Source: Eledone cirrhosa
Taxonomy: Eukaryota
Assembly: GCA_964016885.1 (NCBI GenBank)
Contig: OZ024746.1
Coordinates: forward strand, 45,756,001-45,820,000
Direction of reading: 5' to 3'
DNA: 64,000 bases
Shown here: one piece after another, positions 13,429 to 27,560 of the stretch
How the letters are laid out: each line of letters begins with the position of its first letter
How positions within the stretch are numbered: position 1 is the stretch's first letter
Position numbers and translations under genes: made by a program
Notes under the pieces: model-generated
Database searches by the model: none
Seen by the model: only the letters and a program-made list of their open reading frames with translations
Told to the model about the DNA's origin: nothing

Positions 13429-14129
13429 AGGTAAATATGGTTGTGTTTATGTGTAGGCCTGTACATTGTAATAGAGTAAATAAGGAAACCACACCAATAT
13501 TCTTCCACTTAATACTTCAAAACAAATTTTTACTAAATAAATAAATTTATGCAAATACACAAGCTACAATTATATATAGCAAAATGAAAACTACAAAATT
13601 GAATCTGACAACAGCTGTCATCTCAATTCTGAATGGAACTGAGTTTCAGAGAGTATTAAGGTTATTTTTCAAGAGACCGTTTTCTTAGATCTCAAAGCTA
13701 GCCATACTATATAGCGTTTCACCAATACATCCTAATCAGTAGATTTTAGCAATGCAGCTGATTTTCCTTATTTAATTTACTTTGCTGACTGCCTCAGTAA
13801 AAATTGTTATTTCACATTTATGATAAACAGACAAACCTAATTTAGGAGCTAGCAGTAATAGTTCATATTTAACAGATAGAAATAGCTTTGCAAAGGGGTC
13901 TATTATGTAAATATTTGTGTCTGCTTCTTAGACTAGATTGAAAGTTACAGCTGGCTGAATCAATAGGATGTTAGAAAGTTGATAGATAAACAATCTATAT
14001 TCCATGCAACTACCAGTACTAGATTGTGTTCATGACCAACACTTAACAAATGGGCAAAACAACCAAGCTATAAGTCCCATGTGCATAAATAACTTTCTAT
14101 TGTAAGCAGTAACATATTATATATATATA

Positions 14130-16291
14130 TCATCATCATCATCACCGTTTTACGTCCGTTCTTTCACGCTAGCGTGAGTTAGACGGGTTGTCCTGTTGTG
14201 GGTAGTGTCTGGTCGGCTGACCATGCCTTGCTCATACAGGAACTGATTTGGCTTGATTTCTACAGCTGGATGCCCTTCCTAACACCAACCTCATTTACAG
14301 TGAGTGCTGGGTGCTTTTTCGTGGCGCCTACACGTCCACGGGTGCTTTTTTGCCGTGGCACCTCCACAACCAGCTTGCAGTGGGAGGGTGTGGGGGCATA
14401 TTGTCTATATGCTTCAGCTTGTACCCATGGGAGGTCGGGTACTCTGTATTACTGCGTGACGCCAGAGGTCACGGTCATGTGTCATCGCCTTTGAGAGGTG
14501 TAATTGGGTAAGGTCGGCTTTTATCACCTCATCCCAGGTCTTCTTGGGTCTCCCCACTCCGTGGTTTCCATTGACTTCTAGTGCTCTGCACCTTTTTATG
14601 CAGCTGTCATCCTTCATACGCATCACATGTCCATACCAATGTAACCGCCTCTCCTGCACACCGTATTTGATTCCTCTTATGGTTAGTCTCTCTCTCAATT
14701 CATTTATGCTTTGTAGTTCGCGTATATTACTATTACACATCCATCGGAGCATGCAGGCTTTGTTTCTCTCTAATCTACGTAAGTCTTCCACCTTCAGCGC
14801 CCAGGTCTCACTACCATGTAACATTGCTGTTCGGATACACGCATCATACAGTCTGCTTTTCATTTTGAGGGAGAAGCCTTTTGCAGCTAGCAGTGGCAGT
14901 AGTTCCCTGAACTTCTTCCATCCCGTTCTTACCCTAGTTATTGTACTTTCTGAACATCCACCTCCGCTGCTAATTCAGAAGCTGTCTACTGTTTCTACAG
15001 AGCCCTCCCAGAGATTGGTGGTACTTGTTTCCTGTGGCTGTTTGCTGATTGCTGTCCCAGCACAGCTGCTGCATGTGAAGCCTACATTCTTAATTAAGTC
15101 TCCTTAGATCCCGCTACATCTCTTGTGTACCCATTGTTTGCATTTGGGGCAGAGAATGGAGTTCCTACCTACACCTTTCCTACATACTGAGCAATGCCAT
15201 TTCCCTGAGGGGATCTGGGTTCTGTTTTCTCGTCTACTTACAAGGACCTTAGTCTTTGTCATGTTGACTTTGAGACCCTTTCTTTCTAGTCCCTGCTTCC
15301 ACGTTTGGAATTTCTTCTCTAGTTCTACTATAGATTCAGCTATAAGTGCGAGGTCATCAGCATACAGGAGTTCCCATGGGCATTTGGTCTTAAACTCCTC
15401 CATTATTGCCTGCAGGACTATGATGAACAGGAGAGGGCTAAGAACAGAGCCCTGGTGGACCTCAACCTGTATGCTAAATTCCTCGCTATACTCATTGCTA
15501 ATCCTAACTTTGCTGACTGCTACCCTATACATGGCTTGTATAGCTTTCACAAGCCATTCATCTACTCCTAGTTTTCTAAGAGCCCACCAGATTACAGCAT
15601 GTGGAACTCTGTCAAAGGCTTTCTCGAGATCGACAAATGCCAGGTAGAGTGGCTTACTTTTAGCTAGGTACTTTTCCTGTAACTGCCTCACAAGGAAGAG
15701 GGCATCAGTGGTGCCTCTTCCTAGTACAAACGCGGTCCCTAATCAACTGTGCTGTAACTCTTTCTGTTACTTTCATGACCTGGTCCATCAGCTTTATACC
15801 TCTATAGTTTCCTCTATCGAGTGCATCACCTTTACCTTTGTAGCAGTTGACAATGATGCTACTGCACCAATCTAGTATTACCTGGTTAACAATACGTGTG
15901 GTTATAGTGTGACCTACAGACCCAGATGCCTTCAGCATCTCGGCAGCTATACCCGATGGACCGGTTGCCTTCCCCATCTTCATATCTTTGATTGCCTTAC
16001 TTACTACGCTGCTGCTGACTTGTACTGCTTGCCCCTCTATAGGGTCTACTTGGGGTAGGGTCTCTTCTTCCCATGCATTCTCCTCATTTAGTAATCTATC
16101 ATAATGACTCTTCCATGCATCTTTCTTCTCAGCACATGTGAGGGCAAGCTCACCTTTATCATTCCGGATACACTTCTCTCCAATGACATCACAATTCTCT
16201 CTGATACACTGCCTCGCAATCTTGAACACCTCCTGTTTCTGGTCCTCACGTTGCAAAACATGCTTGAATTTTCTATCCTCTGCTTCCCTCC
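14130..16291 (-). mobile_element. 5'-truncated RTE-clade LINE with disrupted reverse transcriptase
   Basis: ORFs 15705..16382, 15104..15691 and 14414..14863 give NYRGIKLM, LAFVDLEKAFDRV, VHQGSVLSPLLF, LLYADDLALIA, GSETW, LHWYGHVMR and GRPKKTW; frameshift and stop present; 3' UTR and (GAT)n tail. Confidence 0.95.
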
Positions 16292-16330
16292 TATATATAT
16301 GTACATATATACTTATACACACACATGCAA

Positions 16331-16366
<36 letters not shown>

Positions 16367-16454
16367 ACATGTATATATACATTTATATATATATATATAT
16401 ATATATATCCACATGTATATATACATTTATATATATATATATATATATATACAC

Positions 16455-16845
16455 ATGATGGCTCCAAACTCTGCTAAGAGTATTGCAATTGCTTGCCAAT
16501 AACAGAAAATGGTGCACTTTGAGGCTACGGCCAGCTACATGACCCTGTAACATATTTTGAACAAGCAATGCCTGTGCTTTGAAGGTTTTTTAAGTGGGGA
16601 AAGGCCTTGTACTCGACCAAACCCACTCTTTGAGCATCGAAAACACTACCCAAAAAGGAGAACTGGTCACCATCATTGGATGCGTCCTAAGCCGCAGGTT
16701 TATTTTTCAGAGTTTTCCTCTCTTAGAAAGGTGTTACGACAACAACTGGGGGCCTTTCACTCTCAGGTAAAACAAACAAAAAAGTATTACTTGGATGGCT
16801 GTTGTCTCTGCAGAGTTCCTCCGCCCTTTGCCGGGTCTTGTAAAT
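16455..16845 (-). mobile_element. Probable 5' UTR fragment of an RTE-type LINE
   Basis: GC-richer block between TA tracts containing GAGGAAAACTCTGAAAATAAACC, reminiscent of RTE 5' regions. Confidence 0.35.
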
Positions 16846-17396
16846 AAATACATACATACATATATATATATATAACAGGCATTATGTTAATTTGCAGTGC
16901 TGAGTTTACATTTGACCATAGATAGTGTTAGGAAATGGAATAGATTCCACAAAGCTAATTTGCCCTAGATATACTAGAAGATATACAATCTATGATCGAT
17001 TGAGTTATGGAAATCACTATAACCATTTGACAAGATAAGCTGGACAACACAGCTGATTAAATTTAGAAACCATCTGTCTTTTTAGAAAACTCTTTAGATA
17101 ATATACTATCTCGTACTTTACAACACTCATAGTACAATGTCAATTTGGCAAAATTGTTAGAAAGTCTATGGTATTTATTCTAGCTCTCTGTGTTCTGAGT
17201 TCAAATCCCACTGAGATAATGGGACTGATACTTCTCATTTTTCTCCCTTTCCCTCTAAAAGAAATTGGCTATGTTCAAACAAAGGAAGAGATATGCTCTG
17301 CCGCGTTTAAAATTACCAAGACATGCTAATATATCATTACAAAGCCTGTATAACACAATCAAGATTTCAGGGTCCACGTATAGATGAATAACAATA

Positions 17397-17610
17397 GTTT
17401 CTACTATAGGCACAAAGCCAGCAATTTGGGGGGAGGGGAAAGTCGATTAAATTGACTCCAGTGTATTACTGATACTTTACTTTATCAACCCAAAAGGATG
17501 AAAAGCAAAGTTAACCTTGGCAAGATTTGGACTCAGATCATAAAGTGGCATAACTCTATGCCATAAAGCATGTTGTCCGACGCTCTACCAGTTCTGCCAA
17601 TCCACCACCT
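17397..17610 (-). mobile_element. SINE family A
   Basis: Aligns by eye with 1139-1320. Confidence 0.8.
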
Positions 17611-19029
17611 ATAATAATAATATTCACTGTCGTTTAACGTCCAATTTCCATGCTTGGATGGGTGAGATTGGTTGTCACATTAGGAGATAAGGCAGGTCCA
17701 GAGACCACATCTTGCTCATACAGATCTGTATTTATGCTTGGTTTCTAAGGGTCAATGTCCTCCCTAACACCAATCACATTACAGTGTGGACTATAATATA
17801 GTTATATAACAATGTTCAGGTTTTGTTAAATAAACTGTAAAAAATGGGGAGAAATCTATATGATACCATAAACAGTCATATGTTTACAGAAGACACTATT
17901 ACATTGAAACAGTAAGATGAAGAGAACAATCATAAGCAACTAGAACAAAAGAGGCTGTCAACCACTAACAGTGTTTCGGAGCCAGATTGATTGTTCATTG
18001 AATATAAGCAAAGTTTATTTCTGTAATAGAATTTCTTGACTCTCCCACTCCACCCACCAAAAAACTTTATTAATTAGACCAGTAATTGTTACAGTAATCC
18101 TTTTAAAAGCTTTTTAAGAAGATTAGTGTAACAAATATTAGGTGAATTAAATTAACAAGAAACAAATTTCTTTTGCAACAATTCAGTGTCATAAACTATA
18201 TGGAAAGCTTAAACAATTTGGCCAAAGTAGATTAAAACTATTGGTATTAACAGCTGTCAATCACATTTTACTTTAACTTCTTCATGTCTGGTTCTTCTCT
18301 TTTTAAGATATTTATTATGTCAGTTTGTTTCTCTCCATTTTATGATTTATCATAGTTGTAATTTCAATTGATGTTATTAAGGTTGTAACAAGGAAAGTCT
18401 TCCAACCAATTTAAAAAAGAAATATATTGACAGATGCAACTGGAAAAAGTTGGAAATAACTGTTTTATATTTAAGCAACTCTTATTATAACATTCCTTTA
18501 ATTTAATCAATTGTTTTCAACTTGTGTATATATTAAAACACTCATACATTTTTATCAACATTCATCAAGGACATTAAAACATTTAACCTAATCTAAATAT
18601 TAAATATTTCAATTGTCAAGTTTACATTAGTAATTGATTATAAAAGTGATATTATGCAAGCAATCAAAAAATTAGAGTTACAACTAAAAATAGAATTAAA
18701 AAATTTAAACACCTGACTGGATTACAAATACTTGTTGATTTTCCAAGTTATATACATTTAGGATTTTCCACACTAGGATAGTGTTATTAGATGGAGTTAT
18801 AGGTGTATAATAGGAAGAAAGTGATTTCAATCTATTTCACCAGATGTGGTGAAAGCTTGGTCTGAGGTGGTAGGACCAAAAATGACCTGGGTGCAGATGG
18901 TAAGAGCTGATCTCAGATTGCTGAATCTCACAGAAAAGATGATGAAGGAACGAGAGAAGTGGAAGAATGTTGTACTAAAAAGGACCTGATCAACCCATGC
19001 AAGCATGGAAAAGAGGATGATGTAAAATA

Positions 19030-21900
19030 ACTTTTTAACCATAGCTGGCCTATTTATAGCAGGAATCTAAACAGGCATACATCATTAGTAACTGGAATAG
19101 TTTAATGTTTATTGCATAGACAGGCTGTTAGATTTCTTATGAAAACTGTCTTCTTAAAGACTTATTAACATGATATGAGTGTAATTGGGATGAACCTATA
19201 ATTGTTCTATGGGTCCCATTAGCAGTTCAGAGTTTTAATAATTTACATGGTGCTACAAAAAACTGTACCAGGTTTGAAAAACCAAGTGGAACGAGTTAAT
19301 GTTTCTAGAAAATGTGAAGAGTTCTTGATGTAATGTCTCATTAGTAGATGTACTTAGTGATAATCTTATAGAAAGAAGATCATCTGATAAAATGGTCTCC
19401 CATCGTAAAACAGCTAATTTTTTTACTTTCGGGAGCTAAATTTCCAGGAATCCAGATAAACCCATTACACTTTTTGTACTGCAATTTGCCTGAGGTTATA
19501 TGGCTTGTAGAAATCCCATGGCTATTTAGGAATTGTTGTTAAAGAGGCAGGAGACTATCTCACTTATCGATCTGAATGAATACATTGTGGCATTCCAAAA
19601 ATAAAGAAACTATAAGTTAGGAACTATCTGATAGCAGAAGTATTTGTTCCACAACATAGATAGGCAGAGGGAAAACAGAATTCATTGATTAAGTATACAT
19701 TTGAATTATTAGAACAAGGAATAATTCCTTTAAGGTCTATAGATAAGCATTCAAGTAAATGAGGAAATTTTATATACATAGCATAAAAGTTAAGTATAAA
19801 TTCATTTATACTTATTAATTAATTGTTTCATTTTTGGCACAAGGCCAGCAATTATCCCAATGCATTACTGGTGCTTTATTTTATCGACCCCGTAAGGATG
19901 AAAGGCAAAGTTAACCTTGGCGGGATTTAAACTCAGAATGGAAAGGGCCGTAACTCTATGCGTCTGAACCCTCTACCGATACTGCCAATCCACTTATTAA
20001 TTAATGCAAGCTCATGTTACTTCTTCAACAATAAAGGTAGGTTATGTACATCTCTAAAATTAAGCATTCTTATAATAGGGTGTAACAATTTTAAATTTAT
20101 AGTTGCAGAAGTAGAAGTATAAATATGAGGCTGATGATCAGTTGAAAGATCCTCCACATTCTATTTATAGTTTATAGTGTATAAGAGAGGAGAGAGTTTA
20201 ATTCTCCAGCATAGAATTTTATCATTTTTTTTTTTTTTGCATGGTTTTTACAGTCAAACATGAATATAACAAACCAGTCATACCAAAATTTTTTGTGAAT
20301 CATTCTTTTAATCCTGTAACTCCTAAGGGAGTTGTAGGGGCGCCATATTTACATATAGCATTTTTAAACCTGGTGGAGCCCATCTCCTCTCCAATACAGC
20401 ATATTTCTTCCAGAGAAGGATAGAGAGTAAGAAAAAGTGAGAAAGAGTTATTAAATAACTGTTACTTTTTTTATTGACCTCAGTGGGATTTGAACTCAGA
20501 GATGAGAAAGCCAAAACAAATCCTGCAAAGTACTCTATCCAATGTTCTAATGATTCTGCCAATTCGCCACCTACATTTTGTGAATAATTGTTTCCATTTT
20601 CTCCTGAATAAGTTTCTTTAATGACAAGATAAGCGATTTTAAAAATTGTCATAAGATCTTGAGAAAAAAGTCACAGGTCTAAACACTTGTTACAGCAGTA
20701 GTTTAATTAGAAAAATCTTTCATTAAAAAAAAGGGGACAAATTATTAGCCAGCAGTCCTAGCTGCTTGTTTAAAATCATCTTTAGTAGAATTGATATATT
20801 TTAGTATCCTTAGATAGAGGGAAATTTACATTAACTAATGACCTAAGTTTCTAAGAATAGGAAGAGACTTATTTGGCATAGTTTGCAATGAAGCCATGTG
20901 TTTGTTGTAATTCTTTACTATTCTGAGGTATAGATAGGTCTTCAAGAGGTCAAAGGCTTTCTGGGAAGGGATGTAATACTCAGTTGAATTAGATAACCTA
21001 ACCTAGAAAGTTAATAAATATTAGATTATATCCACATTTATTTTAGTTTAATGTAGATTACTGTTTGGTAGCTTGAAAGAAATTCCAAAGTTTGCTATTG
21101 AGATGTGATTTTGTTTCATCACAAACTAAAAAATATCCAATTATAAATAAGTCGTGTAAGTTTATTTTCGTTAATAAATTTATTGGTGACTCACTAGAAA
21201 GACTATTTATAATACCTAGAGGAACTTCAGTAAATTGATACAGACCACAGCTGAGTATGGAATTTCAGTGGTATTATACTACACTATTTACACCAGTTTT
21301 ATTATATTTATAATGTATGTAAACCGAATTCTCGAACTTTTAAACGCTGACAATATATATGTATGAGCAAGACATGGTCACCTGACCTGGCATTGCTCAC
21401 AACATAACAACTCGTCTAACCCATGCTAGCATGAAAAAATGGAGGTTAAACAGTGATGATGATGATGATGCTAATATATATATTTAAAAAAAAAAAGGAA
21501 ATATACCTCACTGTACCAAGGATTTCACACATTTTCCAATATATATATATATAATGTTTATGTTTAGATAAATTATTGATCCAATCATCTATAGTGTCAA
21601 GCTCTGTAAAACAGTTGATAGTTTCAGAGAAATCTATTACAGAACTTTTCATACTGGAATTGCCAGTAACTACCAAAATCTGTTCTTGCCATAGTAAATT
21701 ACTTAGTTCTAAGATAACTTCTTGAAAAAGTTTTAAAATTTCTGAATCTATAAATTCATTATCTTTAACGCTGTATAGATGAGATCTAGTTGGAACAAGT
21801 TTGTAGTTTGAAATAAGATTTTAAAAAGTTTAGAGGTTTCCCACCACCTTTTATTTGAATAAGACAACAAACTAGAAAAAAAGAAATCTACTGATTAATT
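19030..21900 (-). mobile_element. Possible highly decayed LINE (CR1/L2-like), interrupted by SINEs
   Basis: Only scattered minus-strand motif remnants (LVPTRS about 21785-21800, FRPVT about 20670-20685); boundaries uncertain. Confidence 0.3.
19824..19992 (-). mobile_element. SINE family A
   Basis: Close match to 1139-1320. Confidence 0.85.
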
Positions 21901-22289
21901 TCTTTGTGTAATTTCAAAAAAGCTATACCAATAACCATGGAGGAACAGATAAATAATAAATTGATAAAGATATAATGTCTACTCTAGGCTATACAGTCTG
22001 TTGCTTTCTCTCCCCATTTTCCCTTACTTTAGCTATTAAATATCATTCTCTTTTTTCATTTTTTTTTAAATATACAAAAGTTAACGAACTGTAAATTATT
22101 TTTATGCTTAAGTAAATTGCTTTTATCTTTATAGATTTATGAAACTGTTGTGTATCCTTTAATCAATTTAAAAGTGAGATATAAAATTAGCTAGTGCAGC
22201 TGTCATGGTTACAGAGGATGTAAGGGACATAACTGTTTTATAGTTAAGCAGGTCTGAACAACAATTTATACTTTAATAATTAATAAACA

Positions 22290-22440
22290 GGCAGCAAATT
22301 AGCAGAGTCATTAGAATATCAGATAGAATGCTTTGTGGTATTTGTTTCAGGTCTCTGCTCCCTGAGTTTAAATCTCACTGCGGTCAACTTTGCCTTTCAT
22401 CAATTCGAGGTCAATAGAATTAGTACCAGCCTAGTACTGA
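22290..22440 (+). mobile_element. SINE family A, degenerate
   Basis: GAGTTTAAATCTC...GGTCAACTTTGCCTTTCATC...GAGGTCAATA...AGTACCAG. Confidence 0.7.
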
Positions 22441-22870
22441 AGTCGATTCTGCCTCTATATCTCTTTCTCATTTCCTTTCTTTCCCCCTTTATCCTTCTCT
22501 GGAAAAAATCTGCTGGAAAGGTGATTGGCTCCACCAGGTTTTAAAATGCCCTAGAAACGCTGTATGTCAATACAGTGCCCCTATGATTCCCTCGGGAATT
22601 ACGAGACCATGCATACATGCATGCAATTAATAAACAGGGAAGGCTTGTTGTGTCTATGTGGAGGAGTGTACTGTGGCACTATAACTCAAGTACAGAAAAT
22701 AATGTGCTACGTGCATCTTTCTCTCTCTCACTCACAATTTGTGTTTTTGTTTCATAATTAGAGTTAAAGGTTTTACAGAACTCTCAATCCATTACTTAAT
22801 AACATTAAAACATTTCTATACATCTTGAATAAGTCAGACACTAGGATTTGTTACAATGATTCAGACTTAA

Positions 22871-23060
22871 CTTAGCATTTATACTTGCTGTATCAGGCCA
22901 GAATTCTCTCACCTCTTTCTGTTGAACCTGTAGTAACTGGCCACTCATAGTGATGTTAAGGTATTGTTCTCAAAATGAATAATATCAAAATTTCATAGAT
23001 TCAATATTATGTGAGGTAAAGACTTTACCGTGAAAATATAATAGTGCAAATGCTAAAGGG
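22871..23060. mobile_element. piggyBac-like MITE
   Basis: TTAA at 22867-22870 and 23061-23064; right end AAATGCTAAAGGG; body matches 32505-32714. Confidence 0.75.
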
Positions 23061-23291
23061 TTAATGATGAAATCTAATGCAAACAAAAATAGAAAATATA
23101 GATAAGGTTGGGAATAAAGTAATTAGAGAGAGAGAGAGAGAGTGTTTAAAAGAAATTTCAAATTATATTTTCCAACTGAAAAACTGATTTTAAAAATAAA
23201 AACAAACGCAACAGATGATAAGATACATATTTATAAAACTGTTGATGGAACCCACTGAAACCACTAATGGCACCTGAGTACGATGAGTTTA

Positions 23292-25870
23292 TCAACTCTG
23301 AAATGTGTTAGTGTAATGCAATTGTTGAAAGAATTCTGTTTGGTTCTGCATACTGACCATTGGTAAAGACTCTTTATTAGAAGCTTGTTCAGCAACCAAT
23401 AGCAGGCTGGTTATGTTCTCAATTACTTGATGGTTATTCTCAGAGTCATGTTCTTGGTCAGTATGCTGGATTAAATAATGTATTGTATTGTCCACGTTTG
23501 ACACCTCCACTAATACTGGGGCAGTTGGTACATCATAATTGCTATCCTCAGCAGTGGCTAGTAATTCTTCACAGCACTCTTCAGAAGGCACATCTACCTG
23601 CTTTATATCTGAGGAATTGATATCAACTTGAGGGAGTTCTTCAGGTAAACCCACTTCAGTAGGTTGTTCACTTGATGTATCCACAACTAATAGTTCTGAA
23701 TCTACACTTTCATCAATAGTATGTGCTTTTTTCAGATGATTTTCAAGATATTTCTTTTCAAGGAAACCTTGCTTACATATATTGCAGCGATGGGGGAAAT
23801 AGGACAGATGCTCCTGATGTATATGCTCAACTAGTTTGGTCTTGTAGTAAAATCCTGTTTTGCAATATGTACAATAAAGGAGATCTTCAGCAGTTCGGTT
23901 GTACTTGAATCGATTGCGCTGAGAATTTGTCACAACAAAATCAGAGTCGTTATGCACTTGCGTCATGTGAGCTCGCAGCATTTTGGATCGAGTGAAACCC
24001 ATATTACAGATTTTACAAGTGAAAGTATATAAGTTAAAATGCACTAACTGAACATGTGCAACCATACTTGCTTTTTGACTAAACCCTTTACCACAGTAAG
24101 AGCAATGAAACAGCTCCTTTTGAGGCTGGTGAAGAATTCGCATGTGTCGAATATAATTGTTCTCAAACCAAAAGCTTTTATTACATTGCTTGCAGACAAT
24201 CATTTTAGATATATCTGAACCATGAATTCTTTTGTGGCGATTTAGTTGAGATTTTCTGTAGAATTCCTTTTTACAAGTTGGGCAAGAGAACTGACGGATT
24301 CCTTCATGGATCTCTTGAATGTGTTGTTTGAGAGTTCCAGCCCATTTGAACTTAGCAGGACACAAATGGCACAAGTTGGATTTTCCCTTGACATAATGTA
24401 CAGAGTGCATGTGATTCCGAAGGCTTTTCAAATTCTTATAAGACTTGCCACATTGGTTACAAATTTGAGAATCCACTTGAAAATGAACACGGTCTTCATG
24501 CTCTTGAAGCAAATATCGGTTCTGAAGAGTGGCATCACACTTACTACATTTAACAACTTTTAGTTTCTTAAGCTCAGCTACATATTCAGAGAAATCAGAC
24601 TCATCTGTATGGAATTTTTTCACATGTTCATCCACACCAGTGTAATCACAGAACATTTTTTGGCAATAACGACATTGCACAACCCGAACATTATTTCTTT
24701 TCCGACGACCCGGCTTACATATTTTGCTATTGGTTGAATCATTCTTCTGTTTGTTGGAAATATATTCACATTTTTCCGATATGGCTGTTGACGAAGCTGA
24801 AATATTTGATTCTGTTAGCTCATCTGTTTGTACACTTTCTAATTTCTCTCCTAATGCAGTGAATTGTTCTACAGATGCACATTCTAAAGGTTGCACATCA
24901 CATCCTACATCTGCATCTTTTGATTTCGGCAATTCAGAAGTAACAACATTATCACTGTTCTTCTCTTGATCAACTAAATATTTAGGAAGTTTCACCCCAC
25001 GTAACATAATGCGTTTGGACTGACGAGTCGTTAAATGAACCTGTTTCGAATCACACTTAGTTTCATTTTGAGAACACTCAGTCTTATTTTGCATCTGTTT
25101 TGGTTTGCGGCCTCGTTTCTTGTGAGGCTTCACAGCCATGCTTTGAACTTCGATGATAGAATTACAGACTTCTGTTTCAATAGAAACATTTTTTTGTTGA
25201 TCATCAACAGCTTCTCTTTCATTGAGTGACTCACCTGGATTGTTATTACTTACAGAATAATTAAAAAATGTACTCTGAGTAACTTGCTGTGGTAACTCAC
25301 AAATTGAGCTATTTTCAGTAACTTCTTTATTGTTGTGAATAATGTCTGAAGATGTTTGTAGTGGGGACAATGAAGAAGTTTGAAGATCTTGAGAAGAGAT
25401 TTTGCTTAAAGAAACATCAGGATGATCTACATTCTCTACTGCTTCTTTCTCACCTGAACAATTTAGCACAACCAACTCCTGCAAATCTGAATTTACAGAG
25501 TCAAGTGAATTTATAGGAGGTGTTTCAGTAATGCCAGCATCACTGTTCAAATCACAGGAATCTCCTGTTTCGTTCAAAGTATCAACATAATTAATAAGGG
25601 AGGTCACTGTGGAGTTGGGGGATAATTTTGACAGTTTAACCATATAGGGTTCAGAATCAGGCTGCTTAATCAATTTTCTTTGAGGATAGATTTGTAGCGA
25701 TGGAAGTGAATCATTCTGTGTAATATTGTTTATAGAGAAACCACACCGGCCTTCCATAACTTGCAGTTGTATTTCTGAAAATGTCATTTGTAGCATATTT
25801 TCAGAATCTCTTGTAGTCAGAACTTTTGCAGTTTGCATGATGTCAACATCAGAATTGTAATCTTTAAGTT
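23292..25870 (-). CDS. Terminal coding exon of a C2H2 zinc-finger protein (10 fingers, AT-hook-like KKRGRKPK, acidic low-complexity flanks)
   Basis: Uninterrupted frame of ~860 codons with ten CxxC-x12-H-x3/4-H units. Splice acceptor TATATTTCAG|AA at 25871/25870 (phase 1); TGA at 23294-23292. The first 16 aa of the listed ORF are intronic. Confidence 0.92.
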
Positions 25871-25997
25871 CTGAAATATAAATATATATATATATATTAC
25901 AACATTTGTAAATAAACACATTGGAGCAATGAGTGAGTTGAAATACTTAGAAAATGTAGAAAATCTTGAACATATGAAGGTAGCTTGATTTACCCAA

Positions 25998-26110
25998 ATT
26001 TCTAAGCTGGGTTCACAGGCTATCTTCTTGCATTTGAGATTTTCCATATTTTCTAAGCAGGGGTCACAGGCTATCTTCTTGCATTTGAGATTTTCCATAT
26101 TTTCTAAGCA
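25998..26110. repeat. 51-bp tandem duplication (~2.2 copies)
   Basis: TTTCTAAGC.GGG.TCACAGGCTATCTTCTTGCATTTGAGATTTTCCATAT repeated. Confidence 0.9.
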
Positions 26111-26189
26111 TGTATACATATATATGTAAAATAAAAATAGAGAGTAGATGAATAATAATAATAATAAAGAACTACATACATGAGCTTAA

Positions 26190-26409
26190 CCTTTTTATTA
26201 ACATATTTCTAATGACACACATTAACAATGAATTTTTAGGGATTTATTCATATTAATATTTCCTGACTAAGATAGTAACTTAAGATATGATTCATAAATA
26301 AATTTATGTTAGAAGATTTTAATAAAAACAGCTTCTATTCATAGTAATGCTGTAAAATAGGTGGTTGGTTTTGTTTTATAGAATCACATCCAGTTTTGTA
26401 ATAAAAGGG
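26190..26409. mobile_element. Possible second TTAA MITE family
   Basis: TTAA-CCTTTTTATTA ... TAATAAAAGGG-TTGA imperfect TIR. Confidence 0.5.
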
Positions 26410-27179
26410 TTGAATACTCTTAGACACATATACATATGTATGCAAGAAAGGTGTGTGTGTGTGTTGGGCATGTGTGTGCGTGAGCAATTAAATTCAGTCC
26501 ACCAGTAACCACTAGGAAAGATATAGAGAAGTAAAAGAATAGTTAAATACCAGACATAACCATCCAATTCATACTAATATGGTACAATCAAATATAAATC
26601 TAACAATTATATGACAGCTCCCTAGTGTTGGCGATCTACATAACAAATGTACCCAGTACATACTGTAAAGTGGTTGGTGATAGGAAGAGCATCCAGCCAT
26701 AGAGACTTGCCAGACAAAGGGTTATTAGGACCCTCCAGTCGTGTCAAAAGCATGACAACTTTTATAGTGTTCGTGATATACATGATAAATACATCCAATA
26801 CACACTATAAAGTGGTTGGTAATAGAAAGGGCTTCCAGCCATAAAAATTCCACCAAATAAAGAGTTGGGAGGACTCTCAGTTGTTTCAAAGGCATGACAA
26901 CCTCTCCAGAGCATTCAATGGAACATGAAACCATGCATAAGCGCATACCAATGCAGTCTCCTCTCCTGCACACTACTTCTAATTCTTCTTATACCCAGTT
27001 TCTTCCTCAGTTCATTCATGCTTTGTCATCCTGACACATTAATGTTGTATAAAATGTTGACCAACTGGGCTGTGTATGCAATACTCCCATCAGTAAACAA
27101 TGATGCAATTAGATCCAAGCACTCAACAACATGTGTATCCATCCAAATGTGATTTGGTAGTCCATGATGGACTGTACAT

Positions 27180-27560
27180 ACAATAATAATAATTGTGAAG
27201 GCCAGATGTAGAATTTCATAACTCATCTTATTCAGAATCTGCCATAATACACATTTCTGTGGCATTCATGATTACACAACACATTCAGCATGCAAACACC
27301 AACACAAATTTATCACACAGCATCTTAGCTAATAAGATTATTATGTAACATTCTTATGGGGTATAGATAAGGAGAGAGATGGATACCATTTTTGTTCTTC
27401 TGCAGCTAAGGTGATATACTGTCTGATGAAGTTGTGCTGGTAGTTGCACGATGACTGCCTTGTGTAATATCATGAATGCCACAGAAATATGTATCATGAT
27501 TCTGAATAAAAAGAGTTATAAATTTCTATATCCAACCATCACAAATATCATTATTATATA
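27180..27560. mobile_element. Old, diverged fold-back element with a decayed hammerhead-like core
   Basis: 27180-27330 is a diverged reverse complement of 27404-27560 (shared TCATGAATGCCACAGAAAT, GATTCTGAATAA); CTGATGA at 27423 and GAAA at about 27484. Confidence 0.55.

Noticed and set aside
14544-16502. Plus-strand ORFs of 106-187 aa
   Set aside because: Antisense shadows of the RTE reverse-transcriptase frame.
20127-20156. Hammerhead-like GAGG-CTGATGA-TCAGTT-GAAA-GATCCTC
   Set aside because: Stem II cannot pair and no NUH triplet fits stem I; likely chance.
25871-25919. N-terminus of the 875-aa ORF as the real start
   Set aside because: Non-ATG start in TA-rich sequence upstream of a good splice acceptor; treated as intron.
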